A stretch of 64,000 bases of DNA. It comes from Leptonemataceae bacterium. Lineage in GTDB: Bacteria > Spirochaetota > Leptospiria > Leptospirales > Leptonemataceae. The DNA lies in NCBI GenBank assembly GCA_965227295.1, contig OZ245742.1:3200001-3264000 (forward strand), read 5' to 3'. Position 1 is the stretch's first letter, and each line of letters opens with the position of its first letter. The notes beneath the pieces are model-generated. The model worked only from the letters and a program-made list of their open reading frames with translations, was not told the DNA's origin and made no database searches. A program made the position numbers and the translations under genes. Positions 42,140 to 50,640 of this stretch are shown in pieces.

Positions 42140-43672
42140 TCAGTCCTTCGGGCGGCGTTGCTTCATCCAGTCCGGCAGCGGCGCGCTCTTCGCGTCCGGT
42201 CTCGGAGCGCTCTTCTTCGGTGCGGTTTTTTTCGTGCGTTTCGTGGTGCTCTTTTTCGCGGTACCGCCGGAGGATTTGGTTGTATGCTTCGGCTTCGGAG
42301 CCGCTTTTACCGGCTGCGCGGGTTTCGCGGGTGGCGGATCTTGTGGTTGTTGCGCACCGCCCTTGTTGCCGGCGGTCGGTTCGAACAGAAAGCTCATGAC
42401 GCCGCTCTTGATTTTATCGAAGGCGTTGTCCTCGCCTTCCGCCGGTGTCTTCGCCGGGCCGTCCTGATTTGTGCCGCTGCGAGAACTTTCGACTTCTTCA
42501 AAGAAAAAGTCGATGATGCCCTTCTGAAAGTTCTCCGCCACCGTGCTGGCGGCACCCCAACTGCCCTCGGGTTCCGGACGTTGGTGCGCGGCCGCGGCGG
42601 GCTCTGCTGCGTCGACTTCTTCCTCGTATTCTTCGTCTTCGACGAGGACGTCCTCCTGGCTCTCGTACTCCTGGACCTCATCCTCGGAGAGAGCGACCAC
42701 CTTCGAGATGATCGAAGTGTACTGTGAGTCGGCGTCGGTTTCTTCGGTGATGCGCAGCCAGCCCATGATGTCGGAGTCGCCGGCGATCTTTGCCACGGCG
42801 TTGATGCGCAGCGGGTCTTTTATGGCGCAGGCCTCGGCGAGCAGATTGGCGAGAGCCTTAATGTGCGCTGTGCGAGACTTAAGATGCTTCTTGATGATTT
42901 CGGACTGCTGCGGGTTCTCGTGATCGGCCTTTTTCAAAACGAGGCGCCGGTCGTCGTGATGTTGATCCCATACTTCGGGCTCGATGATCGCGAGCTGGAA
43001 AAGAATCGTGAGCAGCGCAAAATCGTCCAGCGTGGGGCCGAAGTTCGACTGCGTGCGCGCGGGATGCTGGTAGTCCGCCAGGCCGATCTCGGTGGCGTTC
43101 TTGCCTTCCAGGGCGGGAACGAACATGCCGTCGTAGTCGATGAGCGTGATGCGGTTGTCGTCCTGGACGAGGATGTTGCCTTCCTGCAGGTCGCCGTGGG
43201 CCATGTTCCACTGTTGCAGCGTGCGTACGACCGAGAAGATGTTGCCCGCAAACTCGGGCGCGCTCTGCATAATGCCGTCGTCCGCCAGGTCGCTGCTGAT
43301 GGCGCGATCGAGTCCGAGGCCGCGGCCCCATTCCATGACGACGGCGGGATAGTGGCTTTTGCCGACCTTGATCCCGTCCTCGACGTACTGAAAGTCCACC
43401 AGGAACGGAAACTTCGTAATCGCCAGGGTGTCGTGCAGCAGACGATAGCGTTCCGCACGACCGGGTACGTCCCGGGTGAATACCTTGAGTGCGAACTGGC
43501 GATCGTGGGCGTCCTTGAAACGAAAGACCGCTCCGAAACCGCCCACGGACATGAACGGCGCGCCACGGCGGTTGAGGAAGATCTTCATCGTCTGAGATTG
43601 AAAGAACGGGATCTGAAGATTCGCGGCGTCCATCATGGACGCCATGTAGGCACGCAGGGGAGGGTATTCCAT
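42140..43672 (-). CDS. Ser/Thr protein kinase of TerY-P triad type with acidic/low-complexity tail
   Basis: GGFGAVF, ALKVF, MEW, HGDLQEGNILV, LIDYDGMFVP, YQHP. Confidence 0.92.
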   Translation of the reverse strand: MEYPPLRAYMASMMDAANLQIPFFQSQTMKIFLNRRGAPFMSVGGFGAVFRFKDAHDRQFALKVFTRDVPGRAERYRLLHDTLAITKFPFLVDFQYVEDGIKVGKSHYPAVVMEWGRGLGLDRAISSDLADDGIMQSAPEFAGNIFSVVRTLQQWNMAHGDLQEGNILVQDDNRITLIDYDGMFVPALEGKNATEIGLADYQHPARTQSNFGPTLDDFALLTILFQLAIIEPEVWDQHHDDRRLVLKKADHENPQQSEIIKKHLKSRTAHIKALANLLAEACAIKDPLRINAVAKIAGDSDIMGWLRITEETDADSQYTSIISKVVALSEDEVQEYESQEDVLVEDEEYEEEVDAAEPAAAAHQRPEPEGSWGAASTVAENFQKGIIDFFFEEVESSRSGTNQDGPAKTPAEGEDNAFDKIKSGVMSFLFEPTAGNKGGAQQPQDPPPAKPAQPVKAAPKPKHTTKSSGGTAKKSTTKRTKKTAPKKSAPRPDAKSAPLPDWMKQRRPKD

Positions 43673-43698
43673 AAAGCTATTCCATTTTATATTAGCGA

Positions 43699-44535
43699 TT
43701 ATGACGAGTTCGGCGAATTGCCTTCCGTATTTGGAGTTGCGTCCGGGCCCGCGGGCACGGACGGCTTAAGCGGCGGCTCCGGAAAATGCAGGTCCGGCCG
43801 ATCGGTAAGACAGCAGAGGGTGACGTCGTCGTTCTTCATGCCGCGATTTTCGCGCAGGTCCCGGACAATCGTGCGAAAGTCCTCGGGGCTATGGGTGCGC
43901 AGAATGCGACGTATGAGATTGGCCGCTTCGCCCGCCGGAAGTTTGTAGAGGTACTCGCCCAGGGCATCGGAGACGAAGGCCAACAGATTCGAAGGCGAGG
44001 TGAGATGCACGTCCCGGGCGATCGTGTAGGGGCTGCCTTCCTGGAGACGCGCGTTGGAGCGGAGCATCTCCGGCGTGTTGCCGAAACCTTCCCGGGCGGA
44101 CGGCGGAAAGATGTAGTCCACCTCACCGGAACGATCGAAGACGAACAACGAGACGTCGCCCACGGCGTAGAGATTCAGACGCATGCGACCGAACCACCAG
44201 GTGGGCCGCTCGATGACGGCGGCCAGGACCGTTGCGTAACTTCCCTCCATGAGAAACTTACGCAACGCCGTGGGCCGGGAGATCTCCGGTTGAAAGGTTT
44301 CGCGCAGGGATTGCAGGCCGCTCTCGAAGTCCTCCGGTGACGTCAGCCAGGCCGAGTCGAAGCCGCGGGTGATGTGATCCGACCACTCCTTCGAGAAGAC
44401 ACCAGTGGACGCGCCGTCGGAGAGCGTGAGCATGAGCGCGCCGGTGTGGATTTTCTTAACGTAGACCGAGTCTTCGTTACGGTCCTCTTCCACGCCGGCC
44501 TTGGCGGTTTCGAATGTACGATATGCGAGGGGCAT
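43699..44535 (-). CDS. PP2C-family phosphatase (TerY-P triad type)
   Basis: NEDS, LSDGAS, YATVL, VGDVSLF, VSDALG, KNDDVT. Confidence 0.9.
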   Translation of the reverse strand: MPLAYRTFETAKAGVEEDRNEDSVYVKKIHTGALMLTLSDGASTGVFSKEWSDHITRGFDSAWLTSPEDFESGLQSLRETFQPEISRPTALRKFLMEGSYATVLAAVIERPTWWFGRMRLNLYAVGDVSLFVFDRSGEVDYIFPPSAREGFGNTPEMLRSNARLQEGSPYTIARDVHLTSPSNLLAFVSDALGEYLYKLPAGEAANLIRRILRTHSPEDFRTIVRDLRENRGMKNDDVTLCCLTDRPDLHFPEPPLKPSVPAGPDATPNTEGNSPNSS

Positions 44536-44552
44536 GTTTCTTTCCTTTTTTT

Positions 44553-44655
44553 ACTCCGAGGACCGAGGTTTTGCGGGGAGGGCGATCGTAGCTGGAAAGC
44601 GAGCAGGCTATGATCACTCTCTGTTTTTGTTTCTCGGTACCTCGGTCCTCGGAGT
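44553..44655. repeat. Perfect 17 bp inverted repeat between the vWA and PP2C genes
   Basis: actccgaggaccgaggt (44553-44569) / acctcggtcctcggagt (44639-44655). Confidence 0.85.
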
Positions 44656-44661
44656 GGAAAA

Positions 44662-45441
44662 TTAACTCTTCAATCTCGTTCCAATGTCGAAGAACTTCGA
44701 AAGATCCTCCGGCTTCGCGTTGAACATGTAGCCCCGTGCTCCGGCGGTGACGCTCGGGTACTTTTCCTGCGCGCGTTCCAGAAAGGAATCGGGCAGGACG
44801 GTGGACATGTTGAACAGGCCCTTCGCGAACTCACTCGTGGTGGGCTCGTCATCCGGGAACGCCAGCGCGCCGCCGGTGTCGCTGGAGATGTGGATGTTCA
44901 TGACGATCACGGGTCCGTCGTCGGTGTAGACGTCCGCCATAATGGACTGAGCCGTCGCCACGGGATTGTCCGCGGTCCACTGTCCGTCGCTCACGTGAAT
45001 CAAGACCGGCGGGAACGACGCCTTATGTCCGGCGCACCAGCTCGACAGGTCTTTCTTCGCGTGCTGGAAGCCGGCCTCCATGTCGGTGTTCCATTCCCGC
45101 GTCGGATCGTCGACCCACACGGGCTTCTGAATCTGGATGCCGTCCAGTTCCATGGTGCCCAGGGACTTCGGATTGTTCGCCAGATCGATGACGGACTGGA
45201 TGGGCAGCAGATCCACGGTGCCTTCGCCGTAACCGATCATGCCGATCTCGAAGTAGGCGCGGATCTCGTCGCCCTTTTCACACGAGAGGATCAACTGGTC
45301 GATGGCGTCGTTGGTGATCTGCGCCAGGTACTGGCCCTTGGTCTTGCCGGAATTCGCGTACTGCTCGGACATGGAATACGAACAGTCGACGAGAAAGAGA
45401 ATCAAGGCGGGGTTGTTGCGAGATATCTCGGCTGTATACAT
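44662..45441 (-). CDS. vWA-domain protein (TerY-like)
   Basis: YTAEISRNNP, MIDAS DCSYS, TDM, VSDG; AGGAG RBS. Confidence 0.92.
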   Translation of the reverse strand: MYTAEISRNNPALILFLVDCSYSMSEQYANSGKTKGQYLAQITNDAIDQLILSCEKGDEIRAYFEIGMIGYGEGTVDLLPIQSVIDLANNPKSLGTMELDGIQIQKPVWVDDPTREWNTDMEAGFQHAKKDLSSWCAGHKASFPPVLIHVSDGQWTADNPVATAQSIMADVYTDDGPVIVMNIHISSDTGGALAFPDDEPTTSEFAKGLFNMSTVLPDSFLERAQEKYPSVTAGARGYMFNAKPEDLSKFFDIGTRLKS

Positions 45442-45468
45442 GCGTTTCTCCTGAGTGATTGTGAAAGT

Positions 45469-46254
45469 TTATGACTGCTGATTGCCTTTGAGTTTGTCCA
45501 CCAGGGTCTTCAAGGAAGCGGCCACCTCGGAGTGCGCTTTCTCGAATGCGGCCCGGACCTCGACGGTTTGTTCCTGGGCCCGTCCGGCGTTGATGCCCAT
45601 GTCGATTTTCTTTTGCTTGAGCTGTTCGATCTCGGCCTGGAGTTCCTGGATCTTCTTTTCGTTCTCGGCGATTTTCGCGTCGATTTCGGACTGGCGCTTG
45701 TGCGGATCCTTAATGTTTTCTTCGTAGAACTTATCCAGTTCCTTTTCGAACTGCGCCTTCTGGACGGCCATGACCTTTTCGTAGTGGCGATAGTTGGCGA
45801 TGAGCGTGTTCTTCGTAACCCGCATGGTTTCCGCGGAGAGCAAGGCCGTCTGCAGGGCCTCGCCCTCGTTTTTACCCTCACCGATGAATCGTCGGTAGAG
45901 CTCCTGGAATTCGAAGAAGTCGAAGCCCGGCAGGTTCTCCGCTTCCAGAGCGCGGTTCAGGCTTTCGATGAACTCTCTGTAAACCTTTTCGCTGTGTTCC
46001 GGAGACGACGGAGCACCGGACGCGTTCTCGGAAGACTGTGTGCCGGAAGCGGAACTGCCGGCACGACGGATGACCGAGGACGACGGCGTGCTCGGCGAAT
46101 TGCCGGCGGCGGGATCAGCGGGATCGCTCGTGGCCGCCCCGCCCGGATCTTCGGCGGGGTCCTCGGAGACCGCGCCCGCGGACGGCGGCGTCGGCGGCAC
46201 GGTGCTGCCGCCCTCTTCGAAGATCAGGTTCATAAATCGATCAAAAATGGCCAT
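45469..46254 (-). CDS. Coiled-coil hypothetical protein with N-terminal amphipathic helix
   Basis: MAIFDRFMNLIFEE, low-complexity linker, NLPGFDFFEF, long heptad-rich C-terminus. Confidence 0.85.
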   Translation of the reverse strand: MAIFDRFMNLIFEEGGSTVPPTPPSAGAVSEDPAEDPGGAATSDPADPAAGNSPSTPSSSVIRRAGSSASGTQSSENASGAPSSPEHSEKVYREFIESLNRALEAENLPGFDFFEFQELYRRFIGEGKNEGEALQTALLSAETMRVTKNTLIANYRHYEKVMAVQKAQFEKELDKFYEENIKDPHKRQSEIDAKIAENEKKIQELQAEIEQLKQKKIDMGINAGRAQEQTVEVRAAFEKAHSEVAASLKTLVDKLKGNQQS

Positions 46255-46279
46255 AACATCATCTCAGCAAACATTAGAA

Positions 46280-47119
46280 TCAAACCCGCCCGTCGCCCGG
46301 GTCCAGGTTCATGATCGTTTGTTCGAGAAACTCCACCACCTCTTTGAATTTTTTCGATTTCTTGAACGCCGGCGGGCGGTCGTGCACCGGCTCGTCGATT
46401 TTCACGCGCTCCACGATGGAACCCGGGTTCGCTCGCATCACCCAGATCTCGTCCGCGAGGTAGACCGCTTCGGTGAGATCGTGAGTGACCATAAAAAACA
46501 CGGTATGCGGATGCTTGCGCGCCAGGTCCAGAAAGATCTTTTTGATCAGCAGTTCCATGTCCAGCTTCGTGCGGACATCCAGTTTGCCGAAAGGCTCATC
46601 CAACAGGAGCAGCGACGGATTCGACATGAGGCTGCGGGCGATGGCCACGCGCTGGAGTTGCCCGCCGGAGAGATCGGGCATCTTGCTGTACTTTTGCGCA
46701 TGCTCTTCCAGGCCGACCAACTGTAACATTTCCGTGGCGCGTTCGTAGCGTTCTTTGCGCGGCACGCCCTGGACTTCCAGCGCGAAGGCGACGTCGTCGA
46801 TGACCTGCCGCCACTCGAAACCCATGGGCGTTTGAAACACCATGCCGATGCCCTGATTGCCCATCACACGTCGCTCGTTGATATAGATGTGACCGCCGGT
46901 GGGTTCCTGCAGGCCGGCAATGCAACGCAGGATCGTCGACTTGCCGCAGCCGGACGGTCCGAGCAAAACGATGAAGCGCCCGGCCTCGCCCTCGATCAAA
47001 AAGTTCACGCGATCGAGCACGACAATCGCCGAGCCGTCGTCGCGTCTGTAGGTTACGGTTAGATCTTCCGCGCGGACAATGTCCGGCAAATCGGTGTCGA
47101 TGAATTCCACCAGGCTCAT
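46280..47119 (-). CDS. ABC transporter ATP-binding protein (NitT/TauT type)
   Basis: GPSGCGKS, LSGGQLQRV, LLLDEPF, VTHD. Confidence 0.96.
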   Translation of the reverse strand: MSLVEFIDTDLPDIVRAEDLTVTYRRDDGSAIVVLDRVNFLIEGEAGRFIVLLGPSGCGKSTILRCIAGLQEPTGGHIYINERRVMGNQGIGMVFQTPMGFEWRQVIDDVAFALEVQGVPRKERYERATEMLQLVGLEEHAQKYSKMPDLSGGQLQRVAIARSLMSNPSLLLLDEPFGKLDVRTKLDMELLIKKIFLDLARKHPHTVFFMVTHDLTEAVYLADEIWVMRANPGSIVERVKIDEPVHDRPPAFKKSKKFKEVVEFLEQTIMNLDPGDGRV

Positions 47120-47937
47120 GCCGACGTCTCCCGGCTGTACTTGTGCGGAAAGAACACGCGGTCTAAATACAGAAACGATCGGTCCTGCAGGTATCCGATC
47201 AGGACGACCGTAAACAGAAGCGCGAACATCCAGTCCGGTCGCGAGTTACGCTGGGCGAGCCACATGAGCGCGCCGATGCCGCCGACGTTCGGATCGAACT
47301 CGCTGCCGCGGTTGAGCATCTCCGCGATCGTAATGTAGGTCCAGGACACCGCTACAATCACGCGGATGTCGCCGAAGATGTTCGAGAACGCGGCGGGCAC
47401 GAGTACTTTGAAAACGATCTGGACTTTCGAAGCGCGCAACGACTTCGCCGTATCCACGAGTTGTTCGTGCACCTGGTCGATGCGATCCACCACCAGCGGC
47501 AACAGATATACGATGATGCCCACCGCCAGGAACATGATCTTCATGGTACTGAAGATACCGAAGTACAGAATAAACAAACCCGTCAGCGCGTTGATGGGCA
47601 GGTAGCGCGCGGCGTCGATGTAGGGTTTCAGCAAGAAGCGTACAAACGGAACCGCGCCCATGGCGACACCGATCACCATGCTGAACGTGATGGCGATGGC
47701 GTAGCCGCTGAAATTTAAGAAGAGCGAGTAGAGGACGTTCCGGAGCAGGGCGTGCTGGACGTGCAATTCCGGGAACGCGAAGAAGACGCCCACCGGAGAC
47801 GGTAGAATCTGCGGGGCGATGAAGCCACCCACCGTAAACAACGACCAGATGAAAACTAAGAGGACGAGCCCCGCGATCTGCACTCCCAGGGACTCGAGCC
47901 GGGAAGGAGTACCGCGGGGCGTAAAGAGTTCCGACAT
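47116..47937 (-). CDS. ABC transporter permease (NitT/TauT type)
   Basis: ILPSP, RYLPINAL, LVDTAKSLRAS (EAA loop), WTYITIAEM; overlaps both neighbours. Confidence 0.95.
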   Translation of the reverse strand: MSELFTPRGTPSRLESLGVQIAGLVLLVFIWSLFTVGGFIAPQILPSPVGVFFAFPELHVQHALLRNVLYSLFLNFSGYAIAITFSMVIGVAMGAVPFVRFLLKPYIDAARYLPINALTGLFILYFGIFSTMKIMFLAVGIIVYLLPLVVDRIDQVHEQLVDTAKSLRASKVQIVFKVLVPAAFSNIFGDIRVIVAVSWTYITIAEMLNRGSEFDPNVGGIGALMWLAQRNSRPDWMFALLFTVVLIGYLQDRSFLYLDRVFFPHKYSRETSA

Positions 47938-49511
47938 TACTGCTGAACCACGATGTCCGTGCGTCGATTGGCGGCCCGGCCCACGGCCGTGGCGTTGGTG
48001 AGCAGCGGTTTATCCGGACCGTTGCCGACGACGATGAACTTGTCCGCGTCGAACTCGTAGTTCTGCACCAGGTAATCGCGCACGGACTCGGCGCGTTTCT
48101 GCGACAGGGCCACGTTCGTGGCGCGGCTGCCCGTGTTGTCCGTGTTACCCTCTATGCGAATGCGTGCCTTGCCGGCACCGCGGATCATGGGCACGACTTC
48201 TTTTAAGATGATCGTTTGCGCCGCGCCGGAAATGGAAGCGCTGCCCGTGGCGAAGTTGATCGTCACCGGCTTCGATGCGATGATCGTCGGGTTGTCGATT
48301 TCGTCCTGGGTGGGGGCTTCGAATTCCAGGCTCTCGGCGTAGTGCCGGTCGCCGGTAAGGTTGATGCTGCGAATGAACGTAACATCGGAGATGACTCGCC
48401 ACGGCGGGGCGTTCCGTGCGAGACCGACGCTCGCGTAGACCTCGGTCATGCGCCGATAGAGATCTTCGCCGGTGTTGCCGGTGCGACCGAAGAAGTTCAC
48501 GTTGTCGCCGTAGGTCGTGAGCCGCACGTTGTTGATGGCGTTCTCACAGAAATCCCGCGGCATCTGGAGACCTTCCGTGAGGATGTCGACGGCTTCCTGT
48601 TTCGCGCTGTCGCTGGAATTGATTTCGGCCGCGCCGATCATCCAGCCGGCGACCAGGGCCTGGGTTTCGGCGGGATACTGGCGCAGGAACTCCTCTTTCG
48701 CGAAGAACACGTCGGCAATGATGTGTGACGCCTGTTTCGTGGAGACCAATCGCTTCGAGCCGGGCACGGCTTCGACGCAGGCGTCGTCGTCCGGCGACCA
48801 GACCACGGCGGCGTCCACGCTGCCGGTCTTAAACGTTTCCGCGGCTTTGATGGCATCGGAGACGGGGACCAGCGTTACGTCCTTCTGGCTCATGCCGCCG
48901 GAATCGAGCAGCCACAACAGAAACGTATGCGAGGGGGTCCCCTGGGCGAAGGCGATCTTCTTGCCGCGCAGGTTTGAAACCGTATCGATACCGGGCCGCA
49001 CCACGATCACGTCGCCGCCGCGGGACCAGTCGGCCTGGAAGACGACTTTTGGTTTGTAAGGGGCGAGGCCGGCGCTTTCCGTCGGGAAGGCGTCGATGGT
49101 GGTCCACAGGAAATCAACGTCGCCGTTTTTCCAGGCGGCCCGCGACGCGTCGAAGTCGTCATTCACCACGAACTCCACTTCGATGCCGAATTCTTTTTTG
49201 TACATCGAGTCCGGGTTGGGACGGAAGCCGCGGTTGAAGTACTGACCGCCGGCGTAACCGCCCCAGGTGACGACGCCCACACGGATCGGCCGGCCCAGGG
49301 GATCGCCGGGATTTTCCAGCTTGCGCGCGTTCGGGTTGCCCGCGTCGGGATCATAATCCCCGCCGGAACCCGCGGCCTTGAAGATGCCCGAGGGCACGTC
49401 CCCGCCGTACGAAACGGACGGCGCGTAGGACCAGATGAGCCAGCCCAGGCCGAGAACGATGGCCAGGATGATTAAGAACTTCGGTAACGGTTTGAGTCTG
49501 CGTTGTGCCAT
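47937..49511 (-). CDS. Membrane-anchored ABC solute-binding protein (NMT1/SsuA-like) fused to an OmpA-type peptidoglycan-binding domain
   Basis: N-terminal TM; WGGYAGG, DWSRGGD, LRGKKIA, DAAVVWSP; C-terminal NFATGSA, IEGNTDNTG, LSQKRAESV, ANRRTD. Confidence 0.92.
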   Translation of the reverse strand: MAQRRLKPLPKFLIILAIVLGLGWLIWSYAPSVSYGGDVPSGIFKAAGSGGDYDPDAGNPNARKLENPGDPLGRPIRVGVVTWGGYAGGQYFNRGFRPNPDSMYKKEFGIEVEFVVNDDFDASRAAWKNGDVDFLWTTIDAFPTESAGLAPYKPKVVFQADWSRGGDVIVVRPGIDTVSNLRGKKIAFAQGTPSHTFLLWLLDSGGMSQKDVTLVPVSDAIKAAETFKTGSVDAAVVWSPDDDACVEAVPGSKRLVSTKQASHIIADVFFAKEEFLRQYPAETQALVAGWMIGAAEINSSDSAKQEAVDILTEGLQMPRDFCENAINNVRLTTYGDNVNFFGRTGNTGEDLYRRMTEVYASVGLARNAPPWRVISDVTFIRSINLTGDRHYAESLEFEAPTQDEIDNPTIIASKPVTINFATGSASISGAAQTIILKEVVPMIRGAGKARIRIEGNTDNTGSRATNVALSQKRAESVRDYLVQNYEFDADKFIVVGNGPDKPLLTNATAVGRAANRRTDIVVQQ

Positions 49512-49557
49512 AACTTTTACTGATTTTACTTTAGTGTTTTGAGTGATGCGCCGCGAT

Positions 49558-50610
49558 TCAGGCCCCGGAGCGGGCCCGGGACTGGTTTTCCTGCCGGAAG
49601 CGTGCGAAGACGTCGTGATACTTGCCGCCCTCGCTGCCCAGATCCTCGGCGACGCTGTCGGCCGGTTTGCTGTCGAGGTGCGGGTCGGCCTTCACTTCCC
49701 GGCCGCCGAGATTTACGGAGCCGGTCTGCTCCCAGGTTTCGAGCATGCGCAGCCCCTTGTCCAGAGCCACCTCGTCCTTGAAGTCCAGGTTCTCCATGAT
49801 GTTCGAAGAAATGCGTAAGTAATTTTCGATTTGTCCGAGTTTTTCACCGACGTCTTTTTCAACGTAATCCTTCGCCATCTCGAAGAACTCGTAGTCCACG
49901 CCGCTGCCGGAGAGGGCGCCGGTCGCCTGAGACATGGCCTTCGAGGCGGCGCGCATGCTTTCGAACTCCATCTCCGTAACTTTGATCTCTTCTTTGAGAT
50001 CGTCGATGGAAATGCCCACGGCGTCGTCGACCTTGGCGAGAATCCCCAGTAAGTGTTCCAGGCGTTCGGCCAGGGGGCCCAGGCGCTGGTTTACGCTTTC
50101 CAGGCGGCCGGCCGTGCGCGTATGCAGTTGCACCTGGCGGTCGCGGCCGGTCTTTTTGGCGACGCTCGCCTTGTGCATGGAAAGTTCGATTTGTTTGCTG
50201 TTACTGGATATGACCTTGTTCAGGCGGCCGCGCACGCCGGCGACTTTCGAGATCTGACTTTGCAGATCTTCCTGCTTGTCGCGCAAAGCGTCGAGGTAGT
50301 TCTTCATGATGCCGATGGGATCGATCTCGATGAAGAGGCCCGTGAGGAAGCGCATGACGCTCTTGTAGCCGTGCCAGATGAGTCTCCGGAAACGTTTGTC
50401 GAGAGCCACGTAGATGATGGCCGCGAGAGCCACGCCCAGGATGGCGGCATAGAGCGCGTTCTGCAAGAGGACGATGATGAACGGCAAAAGAAAGAACAGG
50501 CCGATCCCCGCGCCGATGACAATCAGCGCCAGAAAGAACATGCCGGTCTTGCCTTCCGGGCGTTTCCAGAAAGAGAGGGGATCTTTGCCGTCGTGGATGG
50601 AGTTGTCCAT
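49558..50610 (-). CDS. Two-TM coiled-coil protein, PspA/IM30-like
   Basis: Two hydrophobic helices, then EIDPIGIMKNYLDALRDK (compare PspA EDPxxxL) and long heptad helices. Confidence 0.8.
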   Translation of the reverse strand: MDNSIHDGKDPLSFWKRPEGKTGMFFLALIVIGAGIGLFFLLPFIIVLLQNALYAAILGVALAAIIYVALDKRFRRLIWHGYKSVMRFLTGLFIEIDPIGIMKNYLDALRDKQEDLQSQISKVAGVRGRLNKVISSNSKQIELSMHKASVAKKTGRDRQVQLHTRTAGRLESVNQRLGPLAERLEHLLGILAKVDDAVGISIDDLKEEIKVTEMEFESMRAASKAMSQATGALSGSGVDYEFFEMAKDYVEKDVGEKLGQIENYLRISSNIMENLDFKDEVALDKGLRMLETWEQTGSVNLGGREVKADPHLDSKPADSVAEDLGSEGGKYHDVFARFRQENQSRARSGA

Positions 50611-50640
50611 AGTGTTTGTTAGTAATTCCTGAAGTGAAGT

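Noticed and set aside
46280..49511. Calling the ABC genes tauABC/ssuABC/nrtABC
   Set aside because: Only family-level similarity; the OmpA fusion and gene context argue against assigning a substrate
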